NCBI GenBank assembly: GCA_965116885.1
Contig: OZ220741.1
Coordinates: 2,336,001 to 2,400,000 of the forward strand
Length of the DNA: 64,000 bases
From: Candidatus Latescibacterota bacterium
GTDB taxonomy: Bacteria > Latescibacterota > UBA2968
Direction: 5' to 3'
The notes beneath the pieces are model-generated. The model saw nothing but the letters and a program-made list of their open reading frames with translations. It was not told the origin of the DNA and did no database searches. This document shows, in pieces, positions 1 to 10,485 of the stretch. Within the stretch, counting starts at the first letter, position 1. The number at the start of each line of letters is the position of its first letter. Made by a program: the position numbers and the translations under genes.

Positions 1-60
1 CCGTTTGAGCCAGTCAGATGCAGGGGATTCTATCGATAGTGTCAGTTGTTTCGCGGTCAT
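1..60 (-). CDS. Possible N-terminus of a divergent CDS running off the window edge (MTAKQLTLSIESPASDWLKR...)
   Basis: Minus-strand ATG at 60 with an open frame to the edge; only 20 codons are visible. Confidence 0.3.
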   Translation of the reverse strand, partial: MTAKQLTLSIESPASDWLKR

Positions 61-165
61 AATATGTGTTCGTGTTAGAGGCGTTTATCGCAAATATTTA
101 TAGACATAAAACTGCTTGATGTCAAGATGGGAGGGAATATTCCATTCGGCGAATAGAAACGGATC

Positions 166-2124
166 ATGGATATTTTTATTAAAAAGGAAATATGTCGCGA
201 TCTCGGTCAGGCGATGGGGCGGGAGTGGCTTGAGACCAATGGTTTGGGGGGATTTGCGTGTTCTACCATTGTCGGGATGAATACGCGGCGGTACCACGGC
301 TTGCTTATTCCTGCACAAGATGAGTCGTATGGTCGGTTTGTCGCGCTGTCCAAATTTGAAGAGACGCTTATTGTGCCCGATATGGGGACTTTTGAACTGA
401 GTAGTAATTGCTACGCTGGTGCTATTCACCCGCACGGTTATCGCCATCTGGATCAGGTCCGATTGGATCCCTTTCCCACCTTTACCTATTGTACTGGCGA
501 CTTGTGTTTTGAAAAGCAGATTTTTATGGTCTATGGTCAAAATACTACTGTGATTACTTATGGTCCCTTTGATCGCCCTGTTATGCTTACGCTGCGTCCG
601 CTCGCGGCTTTCCGAGATTATCATCACCTGGCGCGCCGGAATGATATGCTCAATGGCGATGTCGATATTTGCGATGGTTTGATGGGTTTTCAGCCTTATT
701 CGGAATACCCGCCTTTGTATATCGCGCATAATGGAGAATTTCAATCGCGTGGCGATTGGTATTACAATTTTGAATATGCCGTTGAAGCGTACCGCGGCCT
801 GGACGATCGGGAAGACCTGTATTGTCCCGGAGAATTTACCTTTGATCTCGAAGCGGGCGAATCCGCGCACTTGCTCGTCAGTCTTGAACGCGGCACATGC
901 GATCAGGTGAATGCGCTTCGGCAGGCTGAGGTAGATCGGAGAAATAAAATTGTTCAATCAGTTCCCAAATGCACGGGTCTTAGTTTGAGTGCGGATGCTT
1001 TTTTTGTCAGACGTAGCGATGCTCGCGCTACCATCATCGCGGGTTATCCTTGGTTTACGGATTGGGGGCGCGATACGATGATTGCGCTGCCCGGTCTGGC
1101 GCTGGTGACCGGACGATTTGACGAAGCACGCGATATTCTCGCTGCTTATGCACATTTTTGCGACGAGGGGATGATTCCAAACCGTTTTCCCGATTGGGGT
1201 GATGTACCCGAGTACAATAGCGTGGATGCAACCCTGTGGTATGTCTATGCGGTGGATCGCTTTTTGGCGTACACAGATGATTATGATTTTGTGTGGGAAA
1301 ATCTCTGGGGGGTGCTCCAAGAGATCATCCACTATTTTGTTCGGGGAACGCGCTATAATATTCATCTGGATTGCGATGGGTTGCTCTATGCCGGGGAACC
1401 CGGTGTGCAACTGACATGGATGGATGCTAAGGTGGGAGATTGGGTCGTTACCCCGCGGCAGGGCAAACCCGTTGAGATCAATGCGCTGTGGTACAATGCG
1501 CTGTGCGTGATGCGCGATCTGTCTGATAGATATAGCGAGCCCAAACTCAGTGCCGAATACGCCAATCTGGCGGAAAAAACAGCTGCGCGCTTTGTGGAGA
1601 CATTTTGGAATTCCGATGCTGGATGTTTGTACGACTGTCTGACCGATGTGCCGGATGCGGCGATTCGTCCCAATCAGATCTTTGCACTCAGCCTGCCGCA
1701 TCGCATGCTCGATGCCGCGCGTGAACGCCGTATTCTCGATGTGGTCGAACGCGAGTTGCTCACGCCTTATGGTTTGCGAAGTCTGTCGCCGTCCGACGCG
1801 GCATACCGGGGTACTTATGGCGGCGATCCGTATAGTCGCGATGGCGCGTATCACCAGGGGACGGTCTGGGCATGGCTTATGGGACCGTTTATCACTTCCT
1901 GGGTTCGCATTCACGGCGACGAGGCAGGTGTGCGTGCTAATGCAAGACGTATGTTGTGCCCTTTGTTGCGCCATGTTGAAGCGTCGGGCGTGGGACATAT
2001 TTCTGAAATTTTCGATGGCGACCCGCCCCATGCATCTCGCGGTTGCTTTGCCCAGGCGTGGAGCACTGCCGAAGTTTTGCGCGCTTTTGTAGAGGATGTG
2101 CTGGACCAGGGACCTGAAAAATGA
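166..2124 (+). CDS. Glycogen debranching enzyme / amylo-alpha-1,6-glucosidase (GDE_N + GDE_C, archaeal/bacterial type)
   Basis: Motifs REWLETNGLGGFA, TRRYHGLL, AGYPWFTDWGRDTMIALPG, TWMDAK, GKPVEINALWYNAL, YHQGTVWAWL, AQAWS. Confidence 0.92.
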   Translation: MDIFIKKEICRDLGQAMGREWLETNGLGGFACSTIVGMNTRRYHGLLIPAQDESYGRFVALSKFEETLIVPDMGTFELSSNCYAGAIHPHGYRHLDQVRLDPFPTFTYCTGDLCFEKQIFMVYGQNTTVITYGPFDRPVMLTLRPLAAFRDYHHLARRNDMLNGDVDICDGLMGFQPYSEYPPLYIAHNGEFQSRGDWYYNFEYAVEAYRGLDDREDLYCPGEFTFDLEAGESAHLLVSLERGTCDQVNALRQAEVDRRNKIVQSVPKCTGLSLSADAFFVRRSDARATIIAGYPWFTDWGRDTMIALPGLALVTGRFDEARDILAAYAHFCDEGMIPNRFPDWGDVPEYNSVDATLWYVYAVDRFLAYTDDYDFVWENLWGVLQEIIHYFVRGTRYNIHLDCDGLLYAGEPGVQLTWMDAKVGDWVVTPRQGKPVEINALWYNALCVMRDLSDRYSEPKLSAEYANLAEKTAARFVETFWNSDAGCLYDCLTDVPDAAIRPNQIFALSLPHRMLDAARERRILDVVERELLTPYGLRSLSPSDAAYRGTYGGDPYSRDGAYHQGTVWAWLMGPFITSWVRIHGDEAGVRANARRMLCPLLRHVEASGVGHISEIFDGDPPHASRGCFAQAWSTAEVLRAFVEDVLDQGPEK

Positions 2125-2137
2125 AATAGAGGAAAAT

Positions 2138-3742
2138 ATGAACGAAATAGATCAAAATGGTCGTGAGTCGGTTGTGACAAAATGGGGACGCATTGAGATC
2201 GATTTTGAAAGTGATAAAGATTACGGAAATCCCATTCAAGAAGCGGCATTGCAGGTGGTGTTTACATCGCCTTTTGGATCGATTTACAATGTGATGGGAT
2301 TCTGGGATGGCGAGCGGCAATGGCGCGTGCGTTTTTGTCCAGATGAAGAGGGCGAGTGGTCGTATGCGACGTTTTTTTCAGATGCGGAAAACGCGGGATT
2401 GCACAATCGCGAGGGGCGTTTTATGTGCGGACCATCGCAGACGATCAGTGAATTTGATGTACATGGTCCCATTGCGCTGTCCGCAAACAGGCGGCATTTT
2501 GTTTATGCAGATGAGAAGCCGTTTTTCTTTATGGCAGATACGGCGTGGAATGGGTGTTTGCGTTCTACGCGAGATGAATGGCGCTATTATCTCAGCGAGC
2601 GGGTGCGGCAGGGGTTTAATACCGTGCAATGGGTGGCTACGCAGTGGCGTGCGGCGCCAGATGGCGATATCGAGGGCAATCCGGCGTTTTTCGGCGCGGA
2701 AAAGATTGCAATAAATCCGGCTTTTTTTCAGCGGTTGGATGACTGGGTGGAGATGACTTTTCAGGCGGGTCTGGTCAATGCGCCCGTGATGTTGTGGGCA
2801 CTGGGAGGGCGCAATCATCCGAAAAAGAGTCCGGGCGTCTCGTTGTCAGAGGACCAGATGATTTTGCTGGCTGAATATATGGTCGCGCGCTGGGCGTGTT
2901 ATCCCATGGTGTGGATTTTGGGTGGGGATGGCAATTACGATGGTGAGCATGCCGAGCGATGGCAGCGCGTTGGGCGCGCGATTTTCGGGAAAGGTCCTCA
3001 TGCGCCTGTGGCAATGCACAGTTCGGGGCGGCGATTCCCGACGGATGAATTTCGGTCTGAAAATTGGCTCGATGTAGTGGGCTATCAAAGCGGGCATGGC
3101 GATAGCGACGAGATTTTGCAGTGGATTGTGACGGGACCGCCTTCGGAAGATTGGAAAAAGACGCCGCGCCAATTTTATATTAACATGGAGCCTTCTTATG
3201 AAAATCACGTGGCCTATCATTCAAAGCGACCACACGATGCAGCGTCGGTGAGGAGGGCGATGTACTGGAGCCTGCTCAACGCGCCAACCGCTGGCGTGAC
3301 TTATGGGGGGCACGGTGTGTGGGGGTGGGACGATGGCAGTGGCCCGCCCGTTGATCATCCCAATTCGGGAACGCCTCTGCCCTGGCATGATGCGCTGCTG
3401 ATGGATGGGGCAGAGCAAGTGCGCTATCTCGTCGATGCATTCGATTCTATCGGGTGGTGGACGTTGCGGCCGGCGCCAGAGTTGTTGAGCGTCCAGCCCG
3501 GCGAGCGAGATGTACACAATCACATTTTGATTTCTAAATCTGTGGCAAATGATCTCGTGGTTGCCTATACACCACAGGGTGAGGCGGTGGTGGTGAAGAT
3601 GGCGGGGCTGTCACCACAGCTTCGGGGTATCTGGTACAATCCGCGCGATGGCGATGTGGAAGCAGCAGAAGTGCGCGAGGGTAATGGCAGGCGCGTTTAC
3701 GAAGCACCGGGAGATGGCGATTGGCTTCTGGTTCTGGCATGA
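2138..3742 (+). CDS. DUF5060/DUF4038 glycoside-hydrolase-like protein (GH140 apiosidase-like) with a C-terminal collagen-binding-like domain
   Basis: GFWDGERQWRVRFCP, PFFFMADTAW, QSGH, EPSYE, GVTYGGHGVW, WYNPRDG...DWLLVL; start taken at ATG 2138 behind GAGG. Confidence 0.8.
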   Translation: MNEIDQNGRESVVTKWGRIEIDFESDKDYGNPIQEAALQVVFTSPFGSIYNVMGFWDGERQWRVRFCPDEEGEWSYATFFSDAENAGLHNREGRFMCGPSQTISEFDVHGPIALSANRRHFVYADEKPFFFMADTAWNGCLRSTRDEWRYYLSERVRQGFNTVQWVATQWRAAPDGDIEGNPAFFGAEKIAINPAFFQRLDDWVEMTFQAGLVNAPVMLWALGGRNHPKKSPGVSLSEDQMILLAEYMVARWACYPMVWILGGDGNYDGEHAERWQRVGRAIFGKGPHAPVAMHSSGRRFPTDEFRSENWLDVVGYQSGHGDSDEILQWIVTGPPSEDWKKTPRQFYINMEPSYENHVAYHSKRPHDAASVRRAMYWSLLNAPTAGVTYGGHGVWGWDDGSGPPVDHPNSGTPLPWHDALLMDGAEQVRYLVDAFDSIGWWTLRPAPELLSVQPGERDVHNHILISKSVANDLVVAYTPQGEAVVVKMAGLSPQLRGIWYNPRDGDVEAAEVREGNGRRVYEAPGDGDWLLVLA

Positions 3743-3752
3743 GGAGGGTTAA

Positions 3753-4592
3753 ATGGATCATACTTTTGAACAGAATTGTACGGTGTCTTATAAGGTTCTC
3801 AGTCCCAATACTCGCGGATCAGATCACCATTACGAAATAGATGTTTGTGCATCGGCAGAGGAGTTGCGGCAATTTGATCGGGAAGGGTATCTGGTGCGCG
3901 AGGGATTGTTTGTGGGCGAGGACTTGAAGGCATTGCAAGATGCGCTGGATCGGTTGGAGGATCGGGAATCGGGTGCGTTTCGAGATACTGGAAAGCGGTC
4001 CTGGGGGCGTATCCCGCGGCATTTGATGGATAAAGATCCGGTGTTTTTGGATTTGTTGAAGTTTCCGCCAGTGTTGTCTATTGCGCGGGCGATGATGGGA
4101 CCGCTGGTCAGGCTTCGGGGGCTGAGCGCGCGGATCAGTTATCCGGCTGCGACGCCTCATCAGACCCCATGGCACCAGCATTTGCGCGTGGTTTCCAATC
4201 CTTTACCGCCGTGGTTTTCCAGACCTCATGGGATAGATGCTCTGATTTATCTGGATGACTTGAATGAGGATACGGGACCCGTGGGAATTGTGCCGGGGTC
4301 GCACAATTGGTTGGACAGAGCACCGCCTCCCGATGTTTATGAGCCGGTTGAAGGGGAGCTTGTGGTTCGCGTGAAGGCCGGGGGCGGCGTGTTGATTCAC
4401 AGCAATCTCTGGCATCGCGGATTGCCGACGTTGAGGACAAAGCGCAGGATGTTGATTTTGAGTTATACGCCGACCTGGTTGCGCCGATCACCACACGGGG
4501 GACCGCCTCCCGGTGACGGATTGACGCAGGCGATTTTAGAGGGCGATGACGAAGAGGCGCGTATTTTGTTGGGCAAAGGTGGATATTCTTGA
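3753..4592 (+). CDS. Phytanoyl-CoA dioxygenase (PhyH) family Fe(II)/2OG oxygenase with an atypical HxH motif
   Basis: [61 protein letters not shown]. Confidence 0.85.
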   Translation: MDHTFEQNCTVSYKVLSPNTRGSDHHYEIDVCASAEELRQFDREGYLVREGLFVGEDLKALQDALDRLEDRESGAFRDTGKRSWGRIPRHLMDKDPVFLDLLKFPPVLSIARAMMGPLVRLRGLSARISYPAATPHQTPWHQHLRVVSNPLPPWFSRPHGIDALIYLDDLNEDTGPVGIVPGSHNWLDRAPPPDVYEPVEGELVVRVKAGGGVLIHSNLWHRGLPTLRTKRRMLILSYTPTWLRRSPHGGPPPGDGLTQAILEGDDEEARILLGKGGYS

Positions 4593-4611
4593 TTTTTCAA
4601 AGGAGTGGTAT

Positions 4612-6780
4612 ATGAGTGTGGTAGCCGTTGGAGAATTGAATGTAGATGCGGAGCTTTACGCATTGGTCAAAGACGAAATTGCGCCCGATACGGGCGTGGA
4701 TGCAGAGGCTTTTTGGCAGGGGTTGGAAGATATTGTAAGAGATCTGGGGGCGGAGAATCGGCGTTTATTGGAAAGGCGCGATGTCTTACAGGCAAAGATC
4801 GATGCCTGGCACAAGGGGCGCGAATCTATTGATGGGGAAGCGTACAGGGCATTCTTGCAGGAGATCGGGTATTTGTTGCCCGAAGGGGATCATTTTCAGG
4901 TGTTGACAAATGGCGTTGATCCAGAGGTTGCGACAGTGGCGGGACCGCAGCTGGTCGTGCCGGTGGATAATGCGCGTTATTGTTTGAATGCGGCCAATGC
5001 GCGCTGGGGCAGTTTGTACGATGCGCTGTATGGGACAGATGTGATTCCGGAGGATGATGGCGCAGATATGGGAACGGCGTATAATCCCGTGCGCGGCGAG
5101 AAGGTGATTGCCAGTGCGAATGATTTTTTGGATGAGACTGTGCCGCTGTCCAATGGGTCTTATGCAGCAGTGACGGCGTTTGCTCTGGGTGAAGAGGGCG
5201 GGCAGAAGGTGCTTGTGGCAGAGGTTGATGGTCGGGATACGGGGTTGTCAGACCCGCATCAGTTTGTGGGCTATGCGGAGCGCGTTGGGGTACTGTCCAG
5301 TGTGTTGTTGGCGCACAATGGGTTGCATATTGAGATTCAGATTGATCCGGGCCATCCCATTGGCAAAGACCATCCGGCAGGGGTGAAAGATGTGGTGCTG
5401 GAATCAGCTATTACCACGATTCAGGATTGTGAGGATTCTGTATCGGCTGTGGATGCCGCGGATAAGGTGCTCGTGTATCGCAACTGGTGCGGTTTGATGA
5501 AGGGGACGCTGGAGACGACTTTTGAAAAGAATGGACAACCCCTGAATCGCAAATTGAATCCCGATAGGAATTATATCCGTCCAGATGGCGGTGCGTTGAC
5601 ATTGCCGGGACGAAGTACGCTGCTGGTGCGAAATGTGGGTATTCACATGTACACCGATGCGGTGACGACTGCCGATGGAGAGGCGATTCCCGAAGGGTTT
5701 TTGGATGCGATGGTGACGTCGCTGGCGGCTATTCACGATTTGAAGGGCAATGGCATATATCAAAATAGCCGCTCGGGTAGCGTGTATATTGTAAAGCCCA
5801 AGATGCACGGGCCTGAAGAGGTGGCGGCGACAGTAGAATTATTCGGGCGCGTGGAGGATGCGCTTGGACTTGCGCGAAATACGCTGAAGATCGGGATTAT
5901 GGATGAGGAACGGCGCACGACTGTCAATTTGAAACGCGCTATGTGGGAAGCCCGCGAGCGCGTCATTTTCATCAATACGGGATTTTTGGATCGCACGGGT
6001 GATGAGATGCACACGAGTATGGAAGCCGGTGCTATGCTTCCCAAGAACGAAATTAAGGCGCAGCCGTGGTTGACGGCTTATGAAGATTGGAATGTGGATG
6101 TGGGTATTGAGACGGGGCTGATCGGCAAAGGGCAAATTGGCAAGGGGATGTGGGCGATGCCGGATGCGATGCGGGAGATGGTGGAGACGAAGATGAATCA
6201 CCCGGAAGCGGGGGCGACTACTGCGTGGGTTCCGTCGCCAACTGCGGCCACATTGCACGCGATGCACTATCATCAGGTGAATGTTTCGGCGCGGCAGGCA
6301 GAACTCGCGAGGCGCGAACGCGCGAGTCTGGAGGCGATTTTGACGCCGCCTTTGCTGGATAGGGATTTGACTGATGAGGAGATCGCGCGGGAATTGGACA
6401 ATAATGCGCAGGGTATTTTGGGCTATGTGGTGCGCTGGGTTGATCAGGGTGTTGGCTGTTCCAAGGTGCCCGATATTCACGATGTGGGTCTGATGGAAGA
6501 TCGCGCGACGTTGCGTATTTCGAGCCAGCATATCGCCAATTGGCTGCATCACGGGATTGTGAGTGCAGAGCAAGTCCGCGAGACGTTTGAGAAGATGGCC
6601 GCGGTTGTAGATCGGCAGAATGTGGGCGATGCGGCGTATCGCAATATGGCGCCAAATTTTGATGAGAGTATCGCGTTTCAAGCGGCGCTCGATCTGGTTT
6701 TCAAGGGTCGCGAAGTGCCCAATGGATATACTGAAATGGTTTTACACGCGCGGCGGCGAGAGGTGAAGGGTGAAGGGTGA
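4612..6780 (+). CDS. glcB: Malate synthase G
   Basis: [87 protein letters not shown]; about 720 aa; RBS AGGAG. Confidence 0.97.
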   Translation: MSVVAVGELNVDAELYALVKDEIAPDTGVDAEAFWQGLEDIVRDLGAENRRLLERRDVLQAKIDAWHKGRESIDGEAYRAFLQEIGYLLPEGDHFQVLTNGVDPEVATVAGPQLVVPVDNARYCLNAANARWGSLYDALYGTDVIPEDDGADMGTAYNPVRGEKVIASANDFLDETVPLSNGSYAAVTAFALGEEGGQKVLVAEVDGRDTGLSDPHQFVGYAERVGVLSSVLLAHNGLHIEIQIDPGHPIGKDHPAGVKDVVLESAITTIQDCEDSVSAVDAADKVLVYRNWCGLMKGTLETTFEKNGQPLNRKLNPDRNYIRPDGGALTLPGRSTLLVRNVGIHMYTDAVTTADGEAIPEGFLDAMVTSLAAIHDLKGNGIYQNSRSGSVYIVKPKMHGPEEVAATVELFGRVEDALGLARNTLKIGIMDEERRTTVNLKRAMWEARERVIFINTGFLDRTGDEMHTSMEAGAMLPKNEIKAQPWLTAYEDWNVDVGIETGLIGKGQIGKGMWAMPDAMREMVETKMNHPEAGATTAWVPSPTAATLHAMHYHQVNVSARQAELARRERASLEAILTPPLLDRDLTDEEIARELDNNAQGILGYVVRWVDQGVGCSKVPDIHDVGLMEDRATLRISSQHIANWLHHGIVSAEQVRETFEKMAAVVDRQNVGDAAYRNMAPNFDESIAFQAALDLVFKGREVPNGYTEMVLHARRREVKGEG

Positions 6781-6790
6781 AATTCGAGAT

Positions 6791-6815
6791 GTAGGGGCGA
6801 CCCTTGTGGTCGCCC
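6791..6815 (+). repeat. GTAG-family REP-like palindrome
   Basis: GTAG-GGGCGACC-CTTGT-GGTCGCCC, a perfect 8-bp stem just after the glcB stop. Confidence 0.8.
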
Positions 6816-6840
6816 GCCCTATCTGAACAGGAAGTGAACA

Positions 6841-7593
6841 ATGGGGCGAAAGCTGCTGGTTTTTGATGTGGGCAATTCGCGTTTGAAGGCGGCGTTATAC
6901 GATGGCGACCGTCTGATTGCGCGTGTGTCTCTAAGCGGAGTTCAAGATGCGACACAGGTCGTGAATGTTCTCAAATCGCGTTTTGCCCCGAGAGAGACGC
7001 CCGACTACTGTCTGGTTGCTTCTGTGGTGCGCGGCGCAGATGAGGTGATTCAAAAAGCGGTTCAGACGGTGTGGGCGATAGCGCCACAGGTGGTCGATAC
7101 AGAGATGGATCTGGGGATTGATGTCGCTGTGCCTCGTCCTGACCATGTTGGTATTGATCGGCTATTGCAAGCGAGCGAGGCGTTTCGCGTTTGCGCGGGA
7201 AGTGTGGTTGTCGCTGCTTTTGGCTCTGCGCTGACTGTGGATCTGGTGACGGCAGATGGTGTTTTTCGCGGGGGGACGATTGCGCCTGGTTTGGGTATGG
7301 GGTTGCGCGCGCTGCACGATGAGACGAGTCTGCTTCCCCATGTGGCACTTCAACCGCCCGATTCGGCTGCTGGGACGGATACGACTTCTTGTATCCAGGC
7401 GGGTATTGTTTATGGGGCTGCTGGTGCCGTAGAGCGACTGTTTGGTGAGTTGGCTCCCGACGGGTGTGCGACGCTTGTTTTGACTGGGGGGGATGCCGAG
7501 GTAATTGCGCCTTTCATAAACTACCCTCATCGCGTGGAGCCAGATCTGGTCATGCGTGCGCTGGTTTCGTTAGGTCAAAGGTGGTGGCGTTGA
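6841..7593 (+). CDS. coaX: Type III pantothenate kinase
   Basis: FDVGNSRLK, VGIDRL, FGSALTVD, GGTIAPG, T-x-x-LP, LTGGDA. Confidence 0.92.
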   Translation: MGRKLLVFDVGNSRLKAALYDGDRLIARVSLSGVQDATQVVNVLKSRFAPRETPDYCLVASVVRGADEVIQKAVQTVWAIAPQVVDTEMDLGIDVAVPRPDHVGIDRLLQASEAFRVCAGSVVVAAFGSALTVDLVTADGVFRGGTIAPGLGMGLRALHDETSLLPHVALQPPDSAAGTDTTSCIQAGIVYGAAGAVERLFGELAPDGCATLVLTGGDAEVIAPFINYPHRVEPDLVMRALVSLGQRWWR

Positions 7594-10276
7594 GGAGAAC
7601 GATGCGGTCACACGCGATGGCGGGATAGTCTCGCACGGTAATGGATTTTTCCGAAGCAGATTCGATTTCGTAGCCGGTGCCTGCGCACAGGAGATAGGTT
7701 CCGGGTAGGGCGTCGGGATCAGGTAGGGTTTGCGATATATGATAGATGCGGTTGTCAACTGAAGTGATGTCGAGCGGGGTCTGCGCCTGCGAGAGTGTGA
7801 GGGTGTGACTGCCGCAGCGGAGTTCGGTGCCGCTGAGCAGATAAGCCCGTTGGAGATTGCCCTGATTGTCGATGGATGCATATGCGAATTTGCCTGTGAT
7901 GGAGATGGGACCGAGGTCGTGGGTTGTGCCTTCTGGGGCGGAGAGGATGTAGTCGGTACAGCCATCGCGTTTTACAGCTACTGCCATGGTGCTGGTGTCA
8001 GGGTCGTTCAGGATCAGGTGTGCGGATTGAACGGGTGATTTGTCGGTGTAGGGTGTGATGACGGCGGCGTACTGACTATTTGTGTTCGCGCCGTTTTTGC
8101 ATTCGGCCAGGATTTGCTGGACGGGTGGGGCGTTGAGCTGGTCGCCCAGGTCCGAGCGCCAGCCGGGCGCGTCTGCGAGCAGGAGGCGATGGATGGGGTT
8201 GAGCAGGGTGAGGTCCATTCGCAAGTTCTGGTTTTGCCAGGTGGCGGTGAAGGGTGTTTGGGGATGGTCGGCTCGGATGTTGTCGAGCCATTCGATTTGT
8301 TCGTCAACGGGTTGGAGATCGGCGCCGCGAATGTCCGTGAGGTGGCCGTTGCAGTGGAAGCCATACTGGTGGAGATTGCCGCCGTTTATTCGGAAGAAGT
8401 CGATGGCGTAGGTCTGTTCGCCGGGGATCTGGATGAGCGCGCAGGTGCGCTGGTAGCGATCGCACTGCTCGTACGGGGTGGCGGATGCCTGGACGATTTC
8501 GACGCCTGCGCCCGTGCCGAAGAGTTCCAGGATGGCGGGTTTTGGGTTGCCGCTCTGGTTTTGGGCGTCAACGGTGACGATGTTGTGGGAGAGGGTACTT
8601 TTGGTCCAGGCATTTCTGGGGTCGTCCCAGATATAACCCCTGTCTGCAGCCATTTCTCGCCCCTGGGCGATGTAGATGATGCCCAGGCTGTCGTAGTGGC
8701 GGTGGCCGCCAAAGCCATAACCGTTGAAGTAGAAGGCGGTGTGACCTTTTGGGTTTCCGCCGCGCAGGACGGCGACGTGCCAGCCGGGGAACCATTCGGT
8801 GTGGTGGGGCAAGTCGGTGTTCCGTTCGGCTACTATATCGGGATTTCGATGCCAGAGGGCGTATTCGTCGCCTTTTTGTGAGAGCGGGGCGTTCTGCGAT
8901 TTTTTCAGCAGACCGGCGTAGCGGTTGCCGTAGTGGGCGGATAGGACTTCGGCGTAGATGGGGTCGATGCCTCGGCCTTCTCGGGAGTCTCCGATGACGG
9001 GGTCTTGCAGGTTTGGGTCGAGCATGCGGACCATGCTTTCCAGAGCCAAGCGGTAGCGGTCGAAGTGCTGAAAGGGGTCCAGGTTTTTGAGGATTGGACC
9101 GGTTTCGGGTTCGTAGCCGTCGGGGTCGGAGTATCCAACGAGCAGTTCTGGTATGTCGCGCAACAGGTTGAGGTGCATGGCGGAATAGGCGGGGGATTCG
9201 GTGCAGAAGCCGTCGAAGTGAAAGGCGTCTTCGAGGAGGGTTTCAAGGCCTTCGATGGCGCGGCGCACGCTTTGTGGTTTATTGAAGAGTATGCCGACGG
9301 CGGCGCTTAGTGCGCGGCCGGGACCGCATTTGTTGTTGATTTCGCTCCAGTTTTCGGTGTCTGCACAGCCAGCGAGGATGAGGTCGTTGACGATGCGGTG
9401 ATCCATTTCGGGTGTGAGGACGGGTGAGCCATCTTGATATTGAGCCGTTCGGATGAGATCGTAGGCGAGGGTGACCTGGAGAATGCTTCCGCCATCGGAG
9501 CCACTGCAACCAAAGCGTCCGGCGCCCCAGAAGCCGTTGTTGAGTACCGCATAGTTTCCTTCTCGATGGCGGCCTTCAAAGGCGGTGATGATGGTTTCGA
9601 CGGGAAAACGCCCGGCGCGGGGATATTTGCCCAGGGAGATGGCGACTTCGGCTGGTGGACAATCCGCTATGGTGCCGTCGTAGGAGTGGAAGAGCCAGTT
9701 GGGGTATCGCCGTGCCATGCAGTCCATGATATAGGCGCACCACCGGGCGTATAATACGTCATCTGTGAGGGCGTATAATTTGGCAAGCGGTAGCATTTGT
9801 TCAAAGCACCAGCGGCTTTTTTTTGTGCGGATGATGCCGGTCCAGCTCGTGTGTACGGGCCACCGGACCCACTTGAAGGCGTGTTCGCCGGATTTGTCAT
9901 CGGGGTGGGCGCGTTCTTCGTCGGTGAGGTAGAAGGTGAAGGTCTGGTTCATTCTGGGCGCGGTGATGCTGCCGGTCTCGGGATAGTTGGCGTTGGGGTA
10001 TTCGGTTTTGCAGTATTTGCAGATGAGTTTATCCGGATCGGTGGGATCCCATTCGTACAGGCCGGTTTCGCCCATGGAGGAGAGGCGGTTGACGCAGGCG
10101 GGGCAGTTCTGGCCGTATTCGGGCCAGGGGGTGAGTTCGGGCATCATGGTGTCGATAAAGTCGCGGTTCTGGTCCATGAGGTAGGCGACCTGTTGTTTCC
10201 AGCTTTCGAGGAGGGCCTGCGCCCAGGGATAGCGTCTGAGGTTTTCACGGGCGTTTTCAACGTTGAGAAGGGGCAT
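7550..10276 (-). CDS. Heparinase II/III-family (polysaccharide-lyase-like) protein with an N-terminal CxxC...CxxC motif
   Basis: DGFCTESPAY, GHRHYDSLG, DRGY, SHNIVTVD; CPAC...CKYC; start taken at ATG 10276 behind GGAG; no obvious signal peptide. Confidence 0.75.
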   Translation of the reverse strand: MPLLNVENARENLRRYPWAQALLESWKQQVAYLMDQNRDFIDTMMPELTPWPEYGQNCPACVNRLSSMGETGLYEWDPTDPDKLICKYCKTEYPNANYPETGSITAPRMNQTFTFYLTDEERAHPDDKSGEHAFKWVRWPVHTSWTGIIRTKKSRWCFEQMLPLAKLYALTDDVLYARWCAYIMDCMARRYPNWLFHSYDGTIADCPPAEVAISLGKYPRAGRFPVETIITAFEGRHREGNYAVLNNGFWGAGRFGCSGSDGGSILQVTLAYDLIRTAQYQDGSPVLTPEMDHRIVNDLILAGCADTENWSEINNKCGPGRALSAAVGILFNKPQSVRRAIEGLETLLEDAFHFDGFCTESPAYSAMHLNLLRDIPELLVGYSDPDGYEPETGPILKNLDPFQHFDRYRLALESMVRMLDPNLQDPVIGDSREGRGIDPIYAEVLSAHYGNRYAGLLKKSQNAPLSQKGDEYALWHRNPDIVAERNTDLPHHTEWFPGWHVAVLRGGNPKGHTAFYFNGYGFGGHRHYDSLGIIYIAQGREMAADRGYIWDDPRNAWTKSTLSHNIVTVDAQNQSGNPKPAILELFGTGAGVEIVQASATPYEQCDRYQRTCALIQIPGEQTYAIDFFRINGGNLHQYGFHCNGHLTDIRGADLQPVDEQIEWLDNIRADHPQTPFTATWQNQNLRMDLTLLNPIHRLLLADAPGWRSDLGDQLNAPPVQQILAECKNGANTNSQYAAVITPYTDKSPVQSAHLILNDPDTSTMAVAVKRDGCTDYILSAPEGTTHDLGPISITGKFAYASIDNQGNLQRAYLLSGTELRCGSHTLTLSQAQTPLDITSVDNRIYHISQTLPDPDALPGTYLLCAGTGYEIESASEKSITVRDYPAIACDRIVLLNATTFDLTKPAHA

Positions 10277-10485
10277 GAGTACTCCGGTGGAATTAGTTGG
10301 TCTCATTGTGCGCTATAGAGTTTCTTTAATATATTGAGAAACGCATCTTGTGTCTAACCAAAGAATGTGGGCACAAGATAGCTGATTGTTTCTCATTTCT
10401 TGCGTCTTGTGTCTCTCTTTTGTAATATCTCCACTGACCAGACGCATGATACTATAATACAGGCTTTTTACTTTGGAGGAATACG

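Noticed and set aside
85..957. 290-aa minus-strand ORF (and 958-2031)
   Set aside because: Antisense shadows of the debranching enzyme gene
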